64,000 nucleotides of DNA. Origin: Nitrospirales bacterium (lineage in GTDB: Bacteria; Nitrospirota; Nitrospiria; Nitrospirales; UBA8639). A model generated the notes under the pieces. It ran no database searches. It saw only the letters and a program-made list of their open reading frames with translations, and was not told where the DNA came from. Within the stretch, counting starts at the first letter, position 1. Every line of letters begins with the position of its first letter. The stretch spans positions 128,001 to 192,000 of the forward strand of contig CBDBCZ010000018.1 of NCBI GenBank assembly GCA_965203295.1, read 5' to 3'. Positions 51,101 through 61,652 of this stretch are shown in pieces. A program made the position numbers and the translations under genes.

Positions 51101-52638
51101 TCGCTGACCGAACCGCCAGCTTGGTTACTGCACAGGGCTTTTCGCTGACCGAACACCATTTGGTTATCGCACAGCCCTGTTCGCTGACCAAACTACGTGT
51201 TCGGTGACCGCACAGGGCTGTTCGCTGATCGAACAGCCTGTTCGGTGACCGCACAAGGCTGTTCGCTGAACAAATCGCCAGTTTGCTAACTGCACAGGGC
51301 TGCTCGCTGACCGAACAGCCTGTTTGGTTACTGCACAGCCCAGTTCGCTGACCGAACCACGTGTTCGGTGACCACACAGCCCTGTTCGCTGACCGAACCG
51401 CCGGTTTGGTTACCGCACAGGGCAGTTCGCTGAGCGAACAGCCTGTTTGGTGACCGCACAGGGTTGTTTGCTGACCAAACCGCCTGTTTGGTTACCGCAC
51501 AGCCCTGTTCTCTGACCAAACCACGTGTTTGGTAACCGCACAGGGCTGTTCGCTGACAGAACAGCCATTTCGGTGACTGCACAGGCTTGTTCGCTGACCG
51601 AACCGCCTGTTTGGTTACCGCATAGCCCTGTTCGCTGACCAAACTACGTGTTCGGTGACCGCACAGGGCTGTTCGCTGATCGAACAGCCTGTTCGGTGAC
51701 CGCACAAGGCTGTTCGCTGAACAAATCGCCAGTTTGCTAACTGCACAGGGCTGCTCGCTGACCGAACAGCCTGTTTGGTTACTGCACAGCCCAGTTCGCT
51801 GACCGAACCACGTGTTCGGTGACCACACAGCCCTGTTCGCTGACCGAACCGCCGGTTTGGTTACCGCACAGGGCAGTTCGCTGAGCGAACAGCCTGTTTG
51901 GTGACCGCACAGGGTTGTTTGCTGACCAAACCGCCTGTTTGGTTACCGCACAGCCCTGTTCTCTGACCAAACCACGTGTTTGGTAACCGCACAGGGCTGT
52001 TCGCTGACAGAACAGCCATTTCGGTGACTGCACAGGCTTGTTCGCTGACCGAACCGCCTGTTTGGTTACCGCATAGCCCTGTTCGCTGACCAAACTACGT
52101 GTTCGGTGACCGCACAGGGGTGTTCGCTGATCAAACAGCCTGTTCGGTGACCGCACAAGGCTGTTCGCTGAACAAATCGCCAGTTTGCTAACTGCACAGG
52201 GCTGTTCGCTGACCGAACAGCCTGTTTGGTTACCGCACAGCCTAGTTCGCTGACCGAACCACGTGTTCGGTGACCACACAGCCCTGTTCAATGACCGAAC
52301 CGCCAGTTTGGTTACCGCACAGGGCAGTTCGCTGAGCGAACAGCCTGTTCGGTGACCGCACAGGGTTGTTCGCTGAACAAACTGCCTGTTTGGTTACCGC
52401 ACAGCCCTGTTCTCTGACCAAACCACATGTTTGGTGATCACACAGGGCTGTTTGCTGACCGAACAGCCATTTCGGTGACTGCACAGGCTTGTTCACTGAC
52501 CGAACCGCCTGTTTGGTTACCGCACAGGGCTGTTCACTGACCGAACAGCCTGTTCGGTTACCGCACAGGGTTGTTCGCTGACCGAACAGCCTGTTCGGTG
52601 ACCGTACATGGCTGTTCGCTGACCGAACCGCCTGTTTA
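42139..52638. repeat. 41 bp satellite array, ~10.5 kb (about 255 monomers), with higher-order repeats
   Basis: Consensus GACCGCACAGGGCTGTTCGCTGACCGAACAGCCTGTTCGGT, made of two related 20/21 bp halves. Recurring ORFs at offsets 943 (23x41), 451 (11x41), 1192, 203 and 2229. Confidence 0.97.
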
Positions 52639-53115
52639 GTATGTATTTTGACTCTTCTGGTGTAGAAACAGATGGTTGTAAGTGTGGAAATGGATGGCCA
52701 CCAAATACAAAGGTTAGTCGGTGAGTAGATTCTGATAATCAAAGGTGAAATAAAAATGGTCAGTCTAAGCAGGGTGGAAGTAAATAGTGGTGTTAGTTTG
52801 GGACTATAGGGGAACATTCTTGAAAGACTCAGCTGACTCATCCACACTCAACTTTATCAAACTGTGCGTATCAGTGTGATAAACCAAACAATTTGCGTAG
52901 TGGTCACTGAAGACAATTTGAAGTGAGCATTGAGTAAAATTTAATAGTGATGTGTAAATCAGAAGGAATGAAATTATGATTAGGTTAAACTGCATGAGCA
53001 GAAATAGGGTGACAAGATGTGCGAATGTGGGCTTATGGGTTAAGACTTGAAGACACGTGCTTCCATAATAACAGTAGGTGGGTAGATATGGGGCTTAGTG
53101 TAAAAGTGTGTGTAC

Positions 53116-54560
53116 TTATTTCTTCATCAATTGCCTGACTTTATCTTAACCCTTTGAACGCGGCGAGCGTATATATACGCTCACCATAATAAGTGCTACG
53201 GGTCAGACCCTTCCAATTTTATGGCACGCATGACACTTTAGGGGGATAACCCTACGGTCTTTAGCAATCGATCTAAAGCTCCACCCCCGCCACAAGTCGT
53301 TCAAGCGTTCACTTGACGCTTAGTTGTGTAGCACAGTGCGCGGCAAAGGCGCGGGTAGCATGTACAAGGCTTTTGAAGCCAAAAACGCCGAGTATGCCTG
53401 CAATCAGAGCGCTAGGCCTTAAGTACAGATCCAGCACTTAGTAACAGAACCGGCAAGAAGTAAAAGAAGCGACTCACCACTGTAGTTGAGGGGACAGACA
53501 CAAAAATGGCGACTACCAAGGTTAGCGTTAGTGCTGCCGTTTATATTCGCTCTTCTACAATAGTAGGGACTTTAGTACACCAGCTACACACTAAACAACG
53601 ATAGTTTTACACTTTCTGGCTTCCAGTGTTGCCGTTCAGCACGGAAAATAGCCTACAACTCTACAAAACTGCGAGCACATGCACCGTAGACAAAAATTAA
53701 ATTGGCTTCCGCGTGACGCGGAAGTTATGAATAATCAAGTACCGCACTCAAAGGGTTAAATGTGCTTGGGGGTGTGGTGAAGTGGATGTTTTTTGAGAAA
53801 TTTCTTGCATTCCACTGATGTTAGGGTCAGGTAGCTCTTCAGATTATCGCGGAAGTACTTTTTCATTGCTGCTACTCTTTCTCATCCTATGGGTTCACTT
53901 TATGCAGAGATCTTTTGGCCGACTTCTTCGCTGGCTCTACACTCGCATCTGAACTCCCGCAATTTTTGTCCAAAAGAAGCTTTCTTCGGATCTTGTGTGC
54001 CTCTGCTGGTCTCTTAGCACTTCGAAGTTTCTCGTAGTGCTTAGTGTGCACTGTCTTCGAGTGTGACATCTGCACCGTTACGAGATGCCGGGTTGCATCA
54101 TCGCACTGTAGAGCAGTTTCAGTGGCCCCCAACTTTCAAAGCTGAGTGCAGGTTGGCGTCTCAAAATTGTACTTGTTTCCCAGCCACAGAATTAATCGAT
54201 TGAGTTGTGTGATGGGCTTACCATTCAGGCCCACAAACAGATTGTCAGTCTTTGGGTTGCACAAAGGACGAATAAGTTCTACATACTGGTGCAGGAGAGT
54301 TTTGTCCTTTTTGGATAGCGTAATGCTGGCAGGGCCCTGCCTGGCTGTTTTATGCTGGGCAACCAGCATCACCCAGCAGTTCTCACAGGTCTCCTCATCA
54401 ATGTCTCGTCAAAGATTCATTTTCGTCCATGTTGGCATTGACAATCGCCCGTAGTCTCTGCCATGTCAGGTAAGCCAGCTTGGTTACTACTGCAGCCAGA
54501 GCCAGCTTTCTTTCTGATTTCCTAGGGTGACCAATGGCCGCCTTGGTCATCACATCGCTC
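53116..54560 (-). pseudogene. Tyrosine recombinase pseudogene on the minus strand (YR-5), closest to YR-2, tail split by a MITE
   Basis: LAYLTWQRLRAIVNANMDE, VAQHKTARQGPASITL, TPTCTQL*KLGATETALQCD, QMSHSKTVHTKHYEK, and tail FLKKHPLHHTPKHI*[MITE]DKVRQLMKK*. Confidence 0.85.
53150..53755. mobile_element. piggyBac-type TTAA MITE, family D
   Basis: TIR CCCTTTGAACGCGG / CCGCACTCAAAGGG with TTAA at 53146-49 and 53756-59. The YR-5 reading frame resumes across it. Confidence 0.92.
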
Positions 54561-56260
54561 ACGTCCGTGGCGGTGCTTTTCTTTGAAATGAGTCGATAGC
54601 CACGCCTGTGGCTCGGCCCTGCATCCGGCCACGGGGCACCATTTTCTAAGTTGACAATCTTTACTTCTTGACGTGCCTTTTCGTCTTGCCTTTGAGGGGT
54701 GTAAGGATACTTTTTACCTTTGGGATCTCTTGTTGCTGGAACATCAGAGTCCGAGTTGTCTGAGTCTTCATTGGTGGCCCTCTTGTGGCGACAGGTTGAT
54801 GTAGCCAAAACCGCCTCTGAGCTGGATCCAGATTCTTCTCCAGACCCACCAACAACATCAACATCCGGGACTAGAGATAGAGGAGTGGCTATGGTTTTTG
54901 TACAGAATGTAAGATGACTAGTGTTCAGTCTTTACCTAAAATGGATGCTTTGTACCTGCTCTTGTTACAGTTTGCTAATTTCGTGTTCGACAACTATTTA
55001 GCACAACCTAGCAGTAAACAAAGTGGTGGTTAACTGGATACCAATTGTAAGTCAGCTATATTATGGTTATTGGTGGCCTGGTTACAACTTTGTCAAACTC
55101 CAGCTCTACTAGATCTTTAGCAGTTAGGCTATTCAGCCGGTGCTTACTTGGGCTATAGCTTCCGGGCGGGTACCGCTTCAACAGCTGCAGCTATCAGCAT
55201 TGTTCATTAATTAATAATTATCTCGTACAATCCTAAAGTGGGTCAATCTGACCCATTTCCATTAAAATTAAGAGTCAACCTGACTCATTTCTACTAGTTT
55301 GTTTAATTACGTGATGGCAAAAGTTACTCATGTACAGCCTTACGCCCTAACTAAATTGTATTTCCCGCCAAATTCCCAGTTTGGTGATTCCCCAAATTGG
55401 AAGAGCATGCGCAGTTGTACACGTGCCTCGTGCCTCATGCTGATGATATGGCTGTGCGTACTGAGAAACTGCTATTGTGTATCCTGCTGCTGGTTGTCCT
55501 TATCGCTAGTTCTAGAATGGAGACTGCCTCAGTCAATGTCTAAGGTATCTTTGTCTACTAAAGTAGACTGGTGTGAATTATCTGAGCAGGAGTGCGTTGA
55601 CAGTGATTTTGAGTACGTCGCAAGTACGAGCGAGGCAGCATCTTCTGGCAATGAAGATGATGCTGAAAAGCTAGAAGCCCTTTTTGGAGCTGTTTATTCC
55701 TCGTCCGGATCCCTTGTAAAAATCCTTGACCCAGCTGAGCAACACTCGCTCCCACTATTTGATAAAGATTTCGCCCCAGAAGAGGATCTAGAAGCATGTA
55801 CGCCTCTTTTGCATTCTCCCATTGCATGTACTCTGTAATATCTCACCTTCCCTTTACCATAGATGCCTTCACCCACTCCCTTATTTTTCTCATAGTGCTT
55901 TACAGTTTGCATTCATACATGTATTTTCACTATACCTTTCTACAGAAGATGACAGTAGTGTATTCTCAGATTTGTGTTCTGGGAGTAAATGTGGTACAGA
56001 CAGCCAGGACATCGACACCAGTTCAGAAGACGACCACCTAAAAGAAAAAGTATAACAAGTGAACCTTTACAAAGATATTGATCAATACATGACGGTTTTC
56101 TTGTTTTTGTTGTGTTTTCAGAACTTGAGGCTGCCTTAACTGTTGTACTGAGGTATTGCAAATTTAATAATCAGTTTATGCGGCGCCTTAATATCATTAT
56201 TCATAGTCACTAAAAAACTGTGATCGCAGCCCTAGTAAAGATTTTGGATCCATGCCTTAA

Positions 56261-56897
56261 CTCATTGCACGCCGTAATTACGTCACGCGCGTGATGCTCT
56301 ACACTATAATTTCTACAACAATGGCGTACTAAAAGTTTTAGCTCAGTGTTTGGCTATTTTTATGCTTACCAAGTCAAGTATCCAGCGAATTCTGCGTTGT
56401 ACTTGTTAGAAGACTATTGGCTACAGCCATTGAAGGCAAAAAGGGTGGCGGATTGGATCCAAGAAGGGCTTCAGGGGCGATAACCGGATACATGGTAAGT
56501 TCGATACGAAACTGTTGTCTTCACGCTCAGGCGGCAAAGAACGATGCTCCTACTGAAGCCCCCGACTCTCCCCTGAACCAGTTACCATCGTATCTGCCAG
56601 TGAACTTGACTACAGAGACCAACTAACTGCGTAGAAATGTAGGTAGCCATATAGCTAGTCGCCTTGATCGGTTGTATATTTGCCGTATGTATCCGTTCTA
56701 TTACAGATTAGATCAACTTTCGGCACACTTACATCATTATTAGTAATCACTCTATTCAATTTTATGGCTAATAAAGGAAGCGGTTGCCCCTCCTGGCCAT
56801 ACAGTTAACTTGCCGTTTCTAAAGCCACTATAGTGGCGTGTGGCGTAGCGGAAGGATTACGTAATATCCACTTAAGTGGCGTACGGCGTGCAATGAG
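56261..56897. mobile_element. piggyBac-type TTAA MITE, family A, copy 2
   Basis: TIR CTCATTGCACGCCGTA / TACGGCGTGCAATGAG with TTAA on both sides. Colinear with 18624-19252. Confidence 0.93.
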
Positions 56898-57791
56898 TTA
56901 ACTGGCCTGTGTGTGCAAAACACACTGCTGGATTGAAGTGTTATCATGTTTTTGGAGTATGTTTTGTCAGCACCTGTGCACTTCCTGCAGAGAACCACAA
57001 AAAATGCAATGTTGATATAATCAGCCCATGCAGTTTGTGATGGCTAAGTGGCTTATTCATATTTCAAGCATCAAAGAGTATGACATAGTCAGAATCTTAT
57101 TTTGATCAGCTTGGTCTCATGCACATAATATTAGTGTAATGCACTCATAACCTTTTCAATAGAAGAGCTTCCTTCTTCCAAGTCATACTAGCTGTTTCTG
57201 CAGCTTTTCTCTTTGTGTTCCTGCTGGAGCTTTTCATCTAGCCTGAATAAGTGTGCTTGATGGTTGAAACGGCGTTTCTTGGTACGATACATAACTTTGC
57301 TTGGCACTGAATCTGCAAGAGTAAAAGACGTTAAAGTGCCAAGCTGTTCTTGAGGCCAATACTGCGTGATATAAGCTATATACTCATCCCAAGTACGCAT
57401 ACGAGGTCATGACTGCATGCATGCATGGACTGGGGGTGAATTAATTAAAAACATGTAAAAGCACATCACCAAGCTTGTTGTCATATATGTGGCTTAGCTA
57501 GCTGTAAAATTATACAAAGCAAGTACCCCAAGTGCATGCTTGGTAGATTTGTACACATCTTCCTTACCGGTATCCATGATGATCGTTTAAAGATGGTGGC
57601 TCAGATCGTCTCTGTTAACTCATTACAGAAGTTCGCGCTCGCGAGAAATGCTGCGGCGGCGCATATACAACCAATGGGGTTGCGCCCTTCAAAAAAAGGC
57701 GCAACACGCGATTGCGGTCTCCAGTGCCTTCACAATTAGCTATAGCTTCTTCACCCTGGAGTATCCGATTCTGTTGCAATATTAAATAGTC

Positions 57792-59319
57792 ATGAACACC
57801 GGAGGTTTCTACCGGCGAAGTAGCGTTAGAGATCGTGATCAAATTTTGAGTGGCTCTGAAACGAACCACGATGCCGTTTTGCTAAGCATCAATGAAAAAC
57901 TGACGGCAATATGCGATGTACAGAGCGAACAAAAGGGCGCTTTACTTCAGCTCAGACACGAGCAGCAGGCGTCCAGCAAGCAAATGCAGGATGACATTGC
58001 ACAACTTTCCAGGAAATTGCAAGATGTACAGGAGGGTCTTGCATACGTGGAAAGCCTTGGGTCACAAGGGAGAGCTTCAAACAGTACACGTGTTAAAGTC
58101 CCCCGAGAACTATCGGTAAGTATTAATATTAGTGAGCTTTTTTGCTAGGCTATACCAGATCCACAGACAATTGGTATGTTAACCTGCATATTTCATCCTT
58201 ATTTTATGCAGAACAAAGTACGAGAACTTTATACAAGGAGCGAGAGCTGTTTTGATCCTAAATTGAAGTATTTTTATGCATATTAAACCATCATAGCTAT
58301 TCAGCTATCTATTCTTATTTGTGGATACACAGATTCCGTGAACCAGGAAGTAGCTAAGTTTTTGAAGGCCTAGCTCATGCAGGCCTACTCAGACAAGTTC
58401 AGTAAAGCGGAAACAACAAGAGGCTTGTTCTCGCATGCTAAATTAATGTGAAAGATATTAATTTTAAGGTTGCTATCATAATTGTATAGGAGCAGTGTAT
58501 CGCTACTTTGAGTCTCGCAGGAAGCTTGACCAGGACAGCGATCCCAAGCGAGCTCTCCAGGCGGCCAAAAACCACCGGAATACAAATAAATATCTTGCTC
58601 GTAAAAGGGTAAGTTTTCCATATTGATGTGCATGACACGGTGTACATTGTTTATCACAATTCACACTTCCTCAGTTCTTTGAACGCCGAAATAAAATGGT
58701 GCGGGCTGTGCAGAATAAATTCTGGATTAAGGTTACACCAGAGTTTATGAGCGATGCCTCTAACACAGAAGTCGAATCTGTGAACACAAAGAGAAGGCAT
58801 TCCCCTGGATGGAGATCACAAGGTGACAGTAAAATTATTACATTCGCATGTGACTGCTGTGCACATTCTCATTTCTCAATACTGATTGCTACTAAGCACT
58901 TCACAATACTGATTGTTACTATAAGCACTCCTTTGGCTTTTCTCATCATACATGCAGAGCTTAATCGTCTGATTAAGAAACTGGATAAGCGTCTGGGTGA
59001 TGCGGCGAAGAAGACCCCTAGTAACTGTAGGGCACAACCGCACGTGTATGGTGAGCCTGCTGCCGGTCGTCCTCTACCAAAGAGCTATGAGGAGTGGATG
59101 CTGCAGCCATCTCATCGTAGTCATCAACTAGTAGACCCTGATACACCATGTACTAGTCCTCCCTTGATACACCCACCCCTAACTGACAAACTTACAATTC
59201 ACCAATGTTTCTTTTTAGCACCTCTTCTGCTGGGCCGGCTGTTAGCCTCCCATCTTCCCCATGTCAATCCTCCCCATCTTCAGATGATTCAGACTTTTGG
59301 CACTTTATTTTCAGATTAA
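57792..59319 (+). pseudogene. Spliced C14orf93/DUF4616-like gene, probably disrupted
   Basis: Coiled-coil exon ending RVKVPRELS|gtaagt (58115), then exons NKVRELY...FDPKL, SVNQEVAKFLKA*, AVYRYFESRRK, FFERRNK...FWIKVTPEFMSD...RRHSPGWRSQ and ELNRLIKKLDKR...VYGEP. Matches the remembered C14orf93 pattern (YF..RR, W..VT.E.MSD, P.(F/W)R, LD, VYG.P). In-frame TAG near 58370. 3' end uncertain. Confidence 0.65.
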
Positions 59320-60973
59320 GTGATTTTTATAACTAGCTGTCAGTGTACAATTTTGATGTAGGCATGCATACTTCATAACAGTAATTTAAGTCTGTATAGA
59401 CGATCGAGTTGTACTTGTATTTTGCTATTGCTGAGTATTTTTGTGTCACATTTAATTGCAAAGTGCATGCTGGGTTGTCGACCGGAAGTGAATTAAAAAT
59501 TTGAAGCCATATAGGTGTGTTATGTGGCGTCCATTGCATATTAATGGTATTCACTATAATTTTATTCATACAGCAGCTGTGTTTACTCAGCGGGGTGAAA
59601 GACGGCTGTATACATGAGCAGGACGGGTACTTAAGACGGCTTGTATAAACTGCCTGTCTTCTGAAGTGGTACGAATACGAATTAGACGGTGCTTGTGTAC
59701 ACAGCAAGCCGGTGTTGATCTACTTACCGCGCTCCACTGGAACACGAGTCTTACTACGCGGAATACGTGACCGTATTCACCACCGTTTACTGCTGTGTAG
59801 CATTCTAAAGTAAGAAATACTTCATTACTAACTAGACAGAAGCTATAGAGATGGATAAAGTGAGGAGAGTTGAGATGGGTGTGTGTCGGGAGGGGGGAAA
59901 AATGTCGGAAGCAGACGCTAGGTAGAGGGAAGTGATTCACTACTCTGCTCCCGCCAGGTGTTTGTGCCTCTTCTGAAAGCAGTCACTGGAAGAGTCTCCA
60001 CTATAAACAACCAGATGTCACAGTTTTTGACAAATCCGTGACGTTATGGTGTCTGTGGTGGTGGGACGGAAATGGTCGGGCTGACGGGAGGGAATGAATA
60101 CGCTTATATGGAAGCAAGGATGACCACCAGGTGGACATAGTGGGGGTGCTGTGGAGGGAAAAGGGTTTCCCATAGATTGTTTATAAGGGGATAGAGAGCC
60201 TGGTATGTGCAGAGATGCTCTGAGTGAATGTTGGAGAGTCCAGCTGTGTTGGGGCAAGAGTTTCATTATATCTCTCCTCTTGTTGTAGGCTCACAGCAGT
60301 TCACCACTGCCCTCCCCACCCCTCCAACATGGTTTCCTGCAAGTCATCCTCATTCTCTTCCATCATAACAGCATCCAGAACTGAAGATACAGATGTGCAG
60401 GGGCTCTTTTTAGCTTTCATTTTTAGCTGTTGTGCAGTATAGGAGTGTTGCTGTTATCAACAATTTTATAGTTACTATCCTGAATCCATAACAATGCTTA
60501 CCATAATTCTATTCATAGTATTACGTACCTTAGGAAGTGTAGTAAAGACCTACAAGTGTCCGCTCGCTCTTGGCTCCTCCCGCTTCCATTACAGCACAGT
60601 AAAGGTAATACCGTTGACAATGACGCATATATGCGTCTATCGCGGTTAACACAATTTTACGTGTGACGCATATATGCTTCTATCGCGTATAATCGGTTAA
60701 GTCATATAGGTGAGCAAGAAGTTGCCTCCTTTTGCTTGCTTCCTTCCTCCCCATGCACACCAGGTGGGGTGAAGGACAGCGAGGGTGTATAAACAGGAAG
60801 CAATTGTTACATCCCAGCTCTCTCCGCCCAAACCTTGTGGTTACTGCGTTATCAGCTCAATCATTAGCAGCCATAGGCCTAATACGTTACTGTCTACTCA
60901 GCCTAGTTTGCTTATCAGCTGTAGTATGTTAAGCACCATATATCAATCAATGCTTTAGCGTTAGTTCTGTCCA

Positions 60974-60995
60974 TGTGTGTGTGTGTGTGTGTGTG
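60974..60995. repeat. (TG)11 microsatellite
   Basis: Read directly from the sequence. Confidence 0.95.
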
Positions 60996-61652
60996 CATGT
61001 GTAACGGATGTGACATCCACTAATAAATCTGGATTGCGTGAGAATAAGCGAGAAGACTGATGTCATTGTATGATGCGAGTACTTAGTACTTTGACCTCTC
61101 TGCAAGCATTGGAACGACTTCGACGGCTGTGTGCGTTATTAATCATGCATACAAAGTGCTTTGGCTATTAAAAAGAACATGGTGTGCACACATACTATGC
61201 ACTTTCTCCCCACTGCGCCTGAGTCAATTTTCAACGCACTGAATGTGAAGCTGCCTCCACGTGGCTCAGTCAGCAGCATTACTAGCTAACTGCATGCAGA
61301 TCCATCTCTGTGTAGTCTAATTTTGCTCACTGAGCAGTGGTACACAACAAGTCTCTTCTATAGACACCTACTTGTAATGACCTAAAGATATATATATGCA
61401 TGTGGACATGATGTTTCTTCCCAGTCCAAGAACTAGTTTACCAGTAACAACTTCGTAAGTACAATCGCTGTACATGCATATTAGAAACCATGGCAGACTA
61501 CGTAGGATTTTTGCCTCTATCCTGTTACTTCTACAAATACATTTCTGGGACTGTGCCTCAAAGCATTCCATATCCTAATATAAAAATAATGGCAATTTAA
61601 AATGCAGTGTTTGTTTGATTGTACCTTACTTCAGTGGGTGACCCCTCATTAA

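Noticed and set aside
42139..52638. CRISPR array
   Set aside because: Monomers are contiguous with no unique spacers, no cas genes are present and the context is eukaryotic. It is a satellite.
42596..52847. Many minus-strand ORFs (60-270 aa) in the ORF track
   Set aside because: They are translations of the 41 bp satellite and shift frame each monomer.
5652..54560. Prophage or bacterial contamination as the source of the integrase-like genes
   Set aside because: Spliceosomal introns, eukaryotic transposons and satellites surround them, and no phage structural or bacterial genes are seen.
60615..60700. Transposon end: doubled GACGCATATATGCGTC-type palindrome ending AATCGG-TTAA
   Set aside because: Resembles a piggyBac-like right end, but no partner terminus was found, so no element can be delimited.
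60930..61375. Non-autonomous Helentron-like element around the (TG)n tract
   Set aside because: The microsatellite and ACTTGT end are suggestive, but no clear subterminal inverted repeat or second copy is visible.
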